Part shown: one piece after another, positions 22,773 to 33,500 of the stretch | Layout: the number at the start of each line of letters is the position of its first letter | How positions within the stretch are numbered: the stretch's first letter is position 1 | DNA from: Macrostomum lignano | Lineage: Eukaryota | Length of the DNA stretch: 64,000 nt | Direction: 5' to 3' | Assembly (NCBI GenBank): GCA_002269645.1 | Contig: NIVC01002791.1 | Coordinates: forward strand, 76,080 to 140,079 | Position numbers and translations under genes: made by a program | The notes under the pieces: model-generated | Told to the model about the DNA's origin: nothing | Database searches by the model: none | What the model saw: only the letters and a program-made list of their open reading frames with translations

Positions 22773-24488
22773 GTTAGAGCCGCTGCGGAGCAGACGGTCC
22801 CGCTGATGCGGCCAGCGCAGAAATCTCTGACTGTCTGGCAGAGCGACCCGACCATCAGACAGGCGCTGCTCAACATCGAGCGACTCCGCAGAAACCGGCG
22901 GCCCACGGGCGACGCTGAAGACGCGTTTTGAGCGCCTTCCAGATGAGCGGCAGCAGGCGGCTGTTGACGACGCCGTCCGGTCCATCACTGTAGCCGGCCC
23001 CGACGTGAAGAGCCGGACAGTGTGGACGGCCGTCCGGACTCTGACGGGGCGCAAACAGCGCGTGGCGCTGAACCTGGCCGGCGACACCCCGGAGGAGCGC
23101 AGGAATGAATTGCGCGACTTCTTCGCCGGCATCGTGAACGCGCCCGCGTCGCCGCTGCCCGCCAGCTTTGCGCTCCCACTGGACACGCCGCTCCCAGCTG
23201 AGGAGGACTTCTGCACCAGGCCAGTCACCACGGAGGACGTTGTGCTGTTCGCTCGGAAAACATCAGGCGGCAAGGCGCTCGGCCCCGACGAAGTCCCGGT
23301 CGAAGCGCTTCGGCTCCGCTGTGTGGCCTCCCAGGTCACAGGCGTCATAAACCGCGTGCTCGCCAGCGCCCCCGCGCCCACCGAGTGGACCGTCGCGCAC
23401 ATCGTGCCGATCCCGAAGAAGGCAGGGACAACGCGGAAAGAAGACCACGCTGATGTCCTGCGCCGCGAAGCTCTTCAACCGGCTGCTGCTCAACCGTCTG
23501 CAGTCGGTGCTGGACCTGCCGTACGAGCAGAACGGATTCCGGATGCAACGCGGTACAGTGACCCAGAGCCTCGCACTCCGCCGTGTCATCGAGGAGGCGC
23601 GCATCCGCCAGTCTACGCTGATCATTGTCTTCGTTGACTTTCGGAAGGCGTTTGACTCGGTGTTGAGAGCCGCGCTTCCCTTTGTCCTTCGAGCCTACCG
23701 GGTACCACAGCAGCTAATCGACGCTGTCATGGCGCTGTATTGCGACACTCGAGCTGCTGTGGTGACGGCGGCTGTCTGACCTGTTCGACACTTCGTCAGG
23801 AGTTCTGCAGGGCGACACGCTGGCGCCGTTCCTCTTCGTGCTGCTGCTGGACTGGGTGCTTTGGACTGCACTCCTCTCGGCTGATGACGGCTTCCTGCTG
23901 CGCAGACGCATCGGTCACCGCCACGGCGAAAAGCTACTCCGACGACTTCGCCCTCCTGTCCTCGTCGTTTGAAGACGCCCAGCGCCAGATCGACAGGCTG
24001 GTCGAGGTGGCATCAAGAGTCGATCTGGTTGTCAACACGCTGAAGACCGAGGTGCTGACTGTGGCAGGCGGTGGTCGAAACCGTCCTGCTGTACAACGCC
24101 GAGACGTTGGACGCTGACGGCTACCCTAGAGCGGCAGCTGGACTCGGCGCACACAGGGCTGCTCCGTGCGGCCTTTCGAGTTGACGAGAGCGTCGGGACC
24201 GAGGCCCTGTACGATCGGGCCAAGCTGCAGCGCCCGTCCACCATCTGGCGCCGGCGGCGACTTCAACTGGTGGGCCACGTGATCCGGGCCGAGGGCTACT
24301 GCCCCCAACCTGTTCAGGACGTCCTGCTGCTCACCTTGCAGGGCCCGTTCAGGCCGGGTCAGGCCCGAGCCTCCTACGCGACGCCGGGGCGCTCGACACT
24401 GCCAACGGCCCTGCGACGCGCCATCTGACGCACCCTGCTCCAACTGTGACCTTGCTTGCCGGGCTGCGTACTTTGTTGTTGTTGTTGT
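22773..24488 (+). mobile_element. 5'-truncated RTE-like non-LTR retrotransposon (frameshifted RT)
   Basis: RT motifs across frames: KALGPDEVP, WTVAHIVPIPKK, AKLFNRLLLNRL, EQNGFR, FVDFRKAFDSV, GVLQGDTLAPFLF, YSDDFALL. (GTT)n tail; direct repeat TGTTAATAAC at 22763-22772 and 24489-24498 (TSD). Confidence 0.88.
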
Positions 24489-24806
24489 TGTTAATAACAC
24501 ATTTAACAGAAAATCACAACGGATGTTAACAAAAAATAGTTGGATTTCAAACAGAACCTCGTTAGTACGCGGCTTGAAGTGGCTTGAAACCAACAGTAGA
24601 ACACAGTCTAACAAAAACAGTACAACAAAAACTTCGAACGGCATTCAACTCAATCGGTGCAAAAATTTAATCTCTTTAAATCTATTGTGGCGCTGCAATC
24701 TCAGAGGAAGTATTAAAAAAATAGACCGCATCACTGTGTTCCAAATAGTTCGCATATCTTGTGCTTCCAGTTATTTTTAGCCTCGACCGCTAAGTTAGTT
24801 TGGGGT

Positions 24807-24822
24807 GGCCCTGAAAAGGGCC
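24807..24822 (-). terminator. Canonical histone-mRNA 3' stem-loop with no adjacent histone CDS
   Basis: The minus strand reads CAAAC-GGCCCTTTTCAGGGCC-ACCCCAAA: a 6-bp stem, TTTC loop and typical A-rich 5' and ACCC 3' flanks. Confidence 0.7.
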
Positions 24823-24845
24823 GTTTGACTTTCCAGTCACCTTAA

Positions 24846-25040
24846 TACACAACACACACACTCACACAGGAGTGTACAGTGGCCCTAACTTTATTTATCG
24901 TTAGGCATGTACACTTCACTGTGCCTTAGGGGTCGGCCCTTAAGGGCGTTAATTACGCGAGCAGAGCCAAGCCGAGATTCCAATTTAGAGCCCCTAACTA
25001 ATGTGACTGCACTTGGAATCGAGCCTGGACCACTGGGATT
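24846..25040 (-). mobile_element. SINE-like dispersed repeat, copy 1
   Basis: CCAGGCTCGATTCCAAGTGCAGTCACATT...TTGGAATCTCGGCTTGGCTCTGCTC...GTGAAGTGTACATGCCTAACGATAAATAAAGTT...(TG)n; matches 41545-41720 on the + strand. B-box-like GGCTCGATTCC. Confidence 0.7.
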
Positions 25041-25341
25041 CTCTTCAGATTTTGAAACAATCTACAAGATGGTCAATGGTCAAAACGAACTGCTAGCTCG
25101 CATGGTTGCCTGGATGAAATTATACAAACCATTCAGCGTATATTATTTGTGATCAATGTTCTCATAACCCAGGAATGTTCAGTGGTTTTCTGAATAAATG
25201 TATTTAAATATGATTATCCACAATTTCTATTGACCGATAAAAATTACCAAATTAGTTGTTGTTAGCAATCTTATGTATCAGAAAGTCTCTCTATTTTATC
25301 CATCCAATAAAGATGAACAAATCCACGGAGACAGAGAGGCA

Positions 25342-26255
25342 TCACAGAGGCTGCAGCTGCTCACTGATGAAGAGCTGCGGCATCGGCAAACTCGCTGCTG
25401 CGTTGCACTCCGGAGCGCTGAGATGCGAGCGCAGCACCCCGGCCAGATTAAATCGGCCAACGAAGTGCTCAGGCTCGCCTGACATCTCCCTGTCCCACTC
25501 CTTCTGCTTCTCCAGCAGCAACTCCTGTCTGCTGAACTTCTGCCTGAACTGGATGAACTTCCTGGCCACGCAAAGCAGCACTTTGGTGTCGCTGAAGCCG
25601 ACCCTGCGCACAATGTCCGCGGCCTCGCTTTGCAGCTCGTCTGCCAGAATCCGCAGCAGCTGGTTGTGGTCCTGCCGGCTGCACGATGTCGGATAGTTCG
25701 GAGGTCGCGGACTCGATCTCCGCAGCCAGTCGAGACCGCGCGAGCTCTTCAAGAAGAAGCACAGCGGGCTGAACTTGGCGTGCTCCGCCTCCGGCACGTC
25801 TCCAGAGTCCCAGTCTCTGAGGTCGAGGTCGCAGAAGAAGCACTTGACGTGGTCGGCCTCTCCAAGGTAGAAGAAGCCGCTCTCGACCATGTCCTCCGGC
25901 GACTGTCGGCCGCCTCGGCGTCTCCAGACGTCGTCCCGCTCGAAGGACCGACAGCGAGCCTCCCGACTGACGAAGGCGGGGCTGGCAGCGCTGGAGGCGA
26001 GGTAGACGGCCGCCGTCAGAGCCTCCCAGTTGGAATCAAAGCCGAGCCATTGGCCAGTCAGAGGCGACAGCCGGCTGCTCGATGTTTTTGAGACAAAGTC
26101 CAGCGCTCGGTGCAGTTCCGCGTTTGCTTCGTCGGGCGAAATATCGGCCGACATTGTTAGGGTGTAGCTTCGCAGCACAACGCAAAACAGCACTTTGGTG
26201 TCGCAGAAGCCGACCTTACTCACAATGTCGGCGGCCTCGATAAGGCCAAAAGCAG
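25342..26255 (-). CDS. IAP-like copy 3: UBA-like + BIR + UBA-like, no intact RING; probably a terminal exon
   Basis: EAADIVSKVGFCDTKVLFCV (UBA-like 1), intact BIR (...EAEHAKFSPLC), EAADIVRRVGFSDTKVLLCV (UBA-like 2). Putative phase-1 acceptor TTTTTTGAG at 26256-26257. Confidence 0.78.
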
Positions 26256-26629
26256 CTCAAAAAAACAACTTTATAAGCAATTAAAACAGATAAATTTAAA
26301 TATTTAATTGAAATACAGATAAATGTTAGAAGCTGTTAATAAAGGGGAATATAATTATCAAAAAAAATATTTTTGTGTTAGAGTTCAGTACAATATGCCA
26401 AAAGGTATTATAGAATGTATCTGATCGAACACCGCAGTAGCTTTGCAGAACTCCAGACTTTGCAGATGGCCTCTTAGCATTCTATTGAATGGCTCAATTG
26501 AGCAGTTCCCCAGTGTGCTGCCGATGTCGCGACTCGTCTGGCTCTGGAAGTGGTAAATTTTACAACTGCTCAGCTAGATTTCAATTAACTCGCATCGCAA
26601 TCTAGTTTTAATACATAGTGCATGTAGTT

Positions 26630-27650
26630 CGAATTGTACTTTCAGCTGGGGAATCCTGATTGATTTTTGTACTTTCAGCTGGGAAATCTAAATTGGTTTT
26701 GTACTTTCCGCTGGGGATTCCTGATTGGTTTTCCACTTTCAGCTGGGGAATCCTGATTGGTTTTCCACTTTCAGCTGGGGAATCCAAATTTGTTTTCCAC
26801 TTTCAGCTGGGGAATCCTGATTGGTTTTCCACTTTCAGCTGGGGAATCCAAATTGGTTTTCCACTTTCAGCTGGGGAATCCAAATTGGTTTTCCACTTTC
26901 AGCTGGGGATCCAAATTGGTTTTCCACTTTCAGCTGGGGAATCCAAATTGGTTTTCCACTTTCAGCTGGGGAATCCAAATTGGTTTTCCACTTTCGGCTG
27001 GGGAATCTAAATTGGTTTTGTACTTTCAGCCAAGGAATCCTGATTGGTATTGTACTTTCAGTTGGGGAATCCTGATTGGTATTATACTTTCAGTTGGGGA
27101 ATCCTGATTGATTTTGTACTTTTAGCCTGGGAATCCTGATTGATTTTGTACTTTCAGTTGGGGAATCCTGATTGGTATTGTACTTTCAGTTGGGGAATCC
27201 TGATTGGTATTATACTTTCAGTTGGGGAATCCTGATTGGTATTGTACTTTCAGTTGGGGAATCCTGATTGATTTTGTACTTTTAGCTGGGGAATCCTGGT
27301 TTATTTTGTACCTTCAGTTGGAGAATCCTGATTGATTTTGTACTTTTAGCTGGGGAATCCTGATTGGTTTTCCACTTACAGCTCGGGAATCCAGGTTGGT
27401 TTTCTACTTTCAGCTCGGGAATCCAGGTTGGTTTTCTACTTTCAGCTCGGGAATCCAGGTTGGTTTTCTACTTTCAGCTCGGGAATCCAGGTTGGTTTTC
27501 TACTTTCAGCTCGGGAATCCAGGTTGGTTTTCTACTTTCAGCTGGGGAATCCAGGTTGGTTTTGTACTTGCAACTGGGGAATCCAGGTTGGTTCTGTACT
27601 TGCACCTGGGGAATCCAGGTTGATTTTGTACTTGCAGTTGGGGAATTACC
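26630..27650. repeat. 32-bp minisatellite (CCACTTTCAGCTGGGGAATCCAAATTGGTTTT)n with graded variants
   Basis: About 30 copies; variants change progressively along the array. Confidence 0.95.
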
Positions 27651-28589
27651 AGTTGAAATGTACATTGAAGTCCATGTACTAATGTTTCTAATATTTAAGC
27701 TACATGTAAAATATCAAGTATAGATCATTGAATTTTACTCATAGTCGGGAATTAAGATTCAGCTGTAATTTAAAATAAACATCTAGCTTCAACATAACTT
27801 TATAATCTGTATAAGTAGTCATAGGCATATAGCAAAATATTCAAAGGAACTTCACAAGTGTAACTGCCATTTCAATCTTAATTTTGTGGCTCACAAAATT
27901 TATTAGGAGTTCTAATTTGATAATTATAGATAATTTGCTGTACTAACACCATATGTAGCCAATGTGATAATAATACATTTCTACCACTATTTTTCATTAA
28001 GCTATATTGCCAAAACTAGATTTACCTGCACATACAATAAAAATTAATTAACAGACCTGAAAATTATTGAAGAACAGTGGCAGAGCAGCAGAAGTTAACT
28101 GATAAAAGAGTTGTGGTCTAAGTGTTACGAATGCTTTAAACTTTAAGCAGTATTCTAAACTTAAAAAATGCCACGGATTATCCGTGGATTTTCCACGGAC
28201 TTTCCCTGGGCAATACCAAGTTCATCATGCTTAAGTACGCTGTTAAGGTGTATTTTTAATGTACGCATTTCTAGCTGAAGTGGAAGTTCGAATAAAGATC
28301 GCAAACAAGTTGTTTACTACATGGCAAGACAAACTCACCCCACAATAACACTTTGCCAGAAACGTTATCACGTGATCCGTAATTAAGTACTAGCATTTAA
28401 GAAAGCACTGCGACTAAACTGTTTAATGCGTAATTTTGCTTGCTGTAATTTTATATAAATAATGTTCGGATATATTTATGGATACTTCCATATGCATACA
28501 CAATGCACGGATATAACCGCATAAAGTTGAAGTGTTTGCACAATATACTGGCATTCATATATGCATATAAATTGTATTGTATAGGAAAG

Positions 28590-29450
28590 CAGATAGGGAA
28601 ACAAAGACAGGAGAGGGAGATAGGGGAACAGGGGGAGAGGAGGAGAGGGAGATAGGTGAGCAGGGGGAGAGGAGGAGAGGGAGATAGGGGAACAGGGGGA
28701 GAGGAGGAGAGGGAGATAGGGGAGCAGGGGGAGAGGAGGAGAGTGAGATAGGGGAACAGGGGGAGAGAAGGAGAGGGAGGTAGGGGAACAGGGGGAGAGG
28801 AGGAGAGGGAGGTAGGGGAACAGGGGGAGAGGAGGAGAGGGAGATAGGGGAGCAGGGGGAGAGGAGAGGGAGATAGGGGAACAGGGGAGAAGAGAGGGAG
28901 ATAGGGGAACAGGGGAAGAGGAGGAGAGTGAGATAGGGGAACAGAGGAGAAGAGAGGGAGATAGGGGAGATAGGGGAACAGGGGAGAAGAGAGGGAGATA
29001 GGGGAGATAGGGGAACAGGGGAGAAGAGAGGGAAATAGGGGAGATAGGGGAGATAGGGGAACACGGGAGAAGAGAGGGAGATAGGGGAGATAGGGGAACA
29101 CGGGAGAAGAGAGGGAGATAGGGGAGATAGGGGAACAGGGGAGAAGAGAGGGAGATAGGGGAGATAGGGGAACAGGGGAGAAGAGAGAGAAATAGGGGAG
29201 ATAGGGGAACACGGGAGAAGAGAGGGAGATAGGGGAGATAGGGGAACACGGGAGAAGAGAGGGAGATAGGGGAGATAGGGGAACACGGGAGAAGAGAGGG
29301 AGATAGGGGAGATAGGGGAACACGGGAGAAGAGAGGGAGATAGGGGAGATAGGGGAACACGGGAGAAGAGAGGGAGATAGGGGAGATAGGGGAACACGGG
29401 AGAAGAGAGGGAGATAGGGGAGATAGGGGAACACGGGAGAAGAGAGGAAG
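28590..29450. repeat. Purine-rich minisatellite (GGGAGATAGGGGAACAGGGGGAGAGGAGGAGA-like)
   Basis: Direct reading. Confidence 0.95.
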
Positions 29451-29981
29451 AAAAGAACTGACAGGTGTCAGGTGGCGGAGAACACAGCTAATTTACAGTT
29501 ACAAGTGTATTAAGTAAAAATATTAACCATATTGAAACTGACACTAATATAAACATTATCAGAATACGCAAAAATGACAAGTAAATAAAATTTTAAGGTC
29601 TCTCTATGGAGTTAACTATATATTTAATAAAAGTTCAGAAGTGCGAAAAAATATGAAAATTGTTAATGCATGATGTAAAATAATCATTGTCTTTGCATAA
29701 TTAGGAAAAAATTGACAATTATACAGCCACTGATTTACGACGTAACGTAATTCGAATGGCGAAAATTAAAACAAATATAGCCGAATTATTAAAACATGTC
29801 GAATAAAAATCTAGAGTTTAGTTAATAGATTTGGCAATTATCAGGAATATGGCAGCGGATCATGCAAGAAAATATTAAGTCCATAACAGCACCAGTTCTA
29901 TCCAGTTGAATAATTTGAAATCAAGATATTTGGCTCATAATGCTTTTCAAGTTGCATTTAAGTCACTGCTGTTACCCGGCC

Positions 29982-30410
29982 TAGTCACTCCCCTAACATT
30001 ATAGTCACTCCCTTAGCATTATAGTCACTCCCCTAACATTCCCCTAACATGGAGTAGCACTCTAGTCACTCCATTAGCACTCTAGTCACTCTATTAGCAC
30101 TCTAGTCACTCCAGTAGCACTCCAGTTACTCCAGTAGCACTCTAGTCACTCCAGTAGCACTCCAGTTACTCCAGTAGCACTCTAGTCACTCCAGTAGCAC
30201 TCTAGTCACTCCATTAGCACTCTAGTCACTCCAGTAGCACTCCAGTTACTCCAGTAGCACTCTAGTCACTCCATTAGCACTCTAGTCACTCTATTAGCAC
30301 TCTAGTCACTCCATTAGCACTCTAGTCACTCTATTAGCACTCTAGCCTCTCCAGTACTTTTAAGTCACTCTATTAGCACTCTAGCCTCTCCAGTACTTTT
30401 AAGTCACTTT
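29982..30410. repeat. 20-bp minisatellite (CACTCTAGTCACTCCATTAG)n
   Basis: Direct reading. Confidence 0.93.
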
Positions 30411-30540
30411 ATTAACACGATAGTCATTTCATTTCGATCCAAGTCACTCCAGTGGAAATATGGGTTAGAATTCCTAACATCTAATCACACTATTCTAGGC
30501 ACACCCGTCACTTCATTCACACTCTAAACAGTTGCAATTT

Positions 30541-33500
30541 TCAGTCGTCGCTCCACTCGTCCGAATCGGCGCCCTCCATGAGGTCCTGCGGCAGCGGCCC
30601 CGCGTCGGCTTGCACGGTGGCCAGCATGGCGGTGACCAGCTCCGTCTCTTTCTGCTGCTGTTGCTGCTCCAAGTCCAGGGCGTCAACTTGGCGAACTTTA
30701 GCAGCCTGCTGTTGCTGCTTCTGCTGTTTCGCCGGCTGCTGCTTCTGCGAGAACTGCAACTGAAGCTGCGGATCGGAGGCGACCTGGGTGACGCTTGGCA
30801 TGCCCTCCGGCTGCAGAGAGACCGAAGGCCACAGCAGCGGACTGGGGTCGCTGCCGGACAGCCAGTTGGCAGCTGACAGACTCGGCTGCCAAGTAACTGA
30901 GCAGCGTCCCAGTAAGTCGTCCTGCAATTCGAGTTTGACAAAAGCGTGTTAACTTTTTATGTGAAAGTTCACGATCAGAGGAGTTAAGGTGGTCACGATC
31001 CAAAGAGTTAAGGTCACGACTCGAAAAGCTAAGGTCACGACTCGAAAAGTTAAGGTAACGACCCGAAAATATAAGGCCACGACCCGAAAAGCTAAGGTCA
31101 CGACCCGAAAAGCTAAGGTCACGACCCGAAAAGCTAAGGTCACGACCCGAAAAGCTAAGGTCACGACCCGAAAAGCTAAGGTCACGACCCGAAAAGCTAA
31201 GGTCACGATCCGAAAAGCTAAGGTCACGAGCCGAAAAGCTAAGGTCACGACCCGAAAAGCTAAGGTCACGACCTGAAAAGATAAGGTGACGAACAAAGAA
31301 GTTAAAGGTCACGACCTGAAAGCCTCACCTGGAACAGCTGATCGATGACCCGCGGCACGGCAACGCTGACCGTCTCCAGGGTGCCCTCGGCAGTGAGCCG
31401 GAACCCGCGCGCCACCTCCACGCTGGCGGCATCAACGGTGCGCTTGGTGAGCCAGGCGGCGGCCACGAGGACGCGGGAGTCACGGTGCTCGGAGCCGAGC
31501 AGGGGCGCCACTCCGCAGTCCCAGCCAATGGTCAGATGGGCCAGGGTTCGATCTCCACGCGACCAATAGGTTACCAGGTGCAAATCCGGATCAGCGGACA
31601 GGCTGAGCGGCGCTGTGCCGCCGTCAGTGAAGTCGGCGCATTCGCCGACCTGCGGGAGCGGAGCAGATTATATCGCAGATGACATCATGACGGAAGCTAT
31701 ATTTAGATGATGACGTCATAGCTATCTATATAATAAACAATAAAGCTAGTTAAGTCAGAGAAGAGGGCTTGGGAGCTGCCGCAAAATCAAAGCGACGGTT
31801 CGACCCGCAGAGAGCGAGGAGGCCAGCAGCCGTGTCCATTCCGCTGCCCCCTGAGCACGCGCTCACACAGGGTGCACAGCGGCGGCCCTGACTCTCTCAT
31901 CGCTGTACACCCCGTGTGAGCGTGTGCATGAGTGCGTGCCTGTGTACAGCATTAATGCGCAGAATGTCGCCTTTAGCAGTAAAATAAAGGAAACTTAAAA
32001 ATGTCTATTGAAACAGGACACCCACCTGTTTCCACGGCTCGCCCTCGCTGTCGCCGTCGCCAAGGCCGTCCAGCCGCACCAGGGCCAGTCGCCTCGCGGC
32101 CGCATTGCTGGCAGCGAAGCCGCTGACCAAAGCCGCTCGGCCGCCCAGCACGGAGGCGAGGCGGCCGGCCCGCAGCGGCTGCTTCAAGCCAGCAACAACA
32201 TTAGGACTCGAACTCCAGACCACAGTGCCAGAGTCGCGGGACAACGCGTGCAGTCGCCCGTCTCGGCCAAGGAGCAGCAGTTGCCGACCGCACTGGGTCC
32301 AGCAGGCGGCTACCGCTGGCGACGGAGCCGCGGACACGACAGCGGCAGCGGAAGCGTCGGCGAGATTCCACAGTCGGACTTCGCCGTCGGCGGCTACGCT
32401 GGCTAGAAGGTGGGAGGCGCGCGGATGCCAGGCTAGGAGGAGGGCGCGGACGGAGTGACCGCGGAGTCGCTGATGACGATCAGAGGCGGCTGAAGAAACG
32501 ATGGGAGATGCTTTTTATAATATGCCGTCACTAGAACTGATGTCACCATGACGTCAGTAGCTAAAAAAAGATTAACAGTGACGTCAGTAGCTAAAAATAG
32601 ATTAGCATGGTGTCAGTAGCTAAAAATAGATTTGCAGTTACGTCACTAGCTAAAATTAGATTAGCCGTGACGTAAGTAGATAGAAATAGAATCTTGATAT
32701 GAACCAAAATCTAATCTTCCGACCTTGAAAGTCAAAACGTCAGAGCATTATTAACTCCGTAAGATGAGGAGACTATTGCCAACTTACTATAAAAAGACTT
32801 CTACGACGTCATTTAAACACTATAATATATATGTTCTTGGAACGTATTCTAGTTACAAATAATGTATATTTAGGAAGCTTGTAAAATATCTGACTATACC
32901 TCGGTAAACTAATAACTAATTACTAATAAACCGACTAACCAGCATCTCCTTCCGCTTCATCTCCGGCGCTCCAGTCGACTTCGCCTTCGTTCACAGCCTC
33001 GGCGCTGTCCAGGCGCCACACGCACACGGCGCCGGTGTCGAGCGCCACGGCCAGTCGGTCGCCGACGTCGCTGCCAGCGTCGAACGGTTCAAAAGCGACC
33101 GCGGTGACGCCAGCGCCTTCGTGTCGAAGCAGCCGACGGCCGGGCAACGAGTCGATTCGACCGCCGGCGGCCGCCAGCCTGACTGGCAGGACGAGGACCC
33201 GGCCGCCCGGCCCGGTCACCGGCAGCGCCACCCAGCGATCGTTGGCGGCCAGCGTCTCAGCCTCCGGCGGCAGGTCCAGCTTCATCAGCTGGCGCAGCTC
33301 GGTCAGCCAGGTGCTCCTCTGGCCGATAGCGGTGGCGACGTTGCGCAATTTTGTAGCGCGCTCCGAACCGCTCAGAGAGCCCACGTGAGGCGATGACGTC
33401 ACAGCCGACGATGATGACGTCATTGATGAGGTAATCACTGCGGATCCGTCGCTTCCAATTATTTCCGAATCTTCCTCTTTTTTACTACTGTCAGCAGTAG

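Noticed and set aside
25296-25400. CSLC in a shifted frame after IAP copy 3 as a RING remnant
   Set aside because: Only one CxxC pair; the remaining RING ligands are absent, so it may be chance.
26660-29434. Multiple overlapping repetitive ORFs
   Set aside because: Products of the 32-bp and purine-rich arrays.
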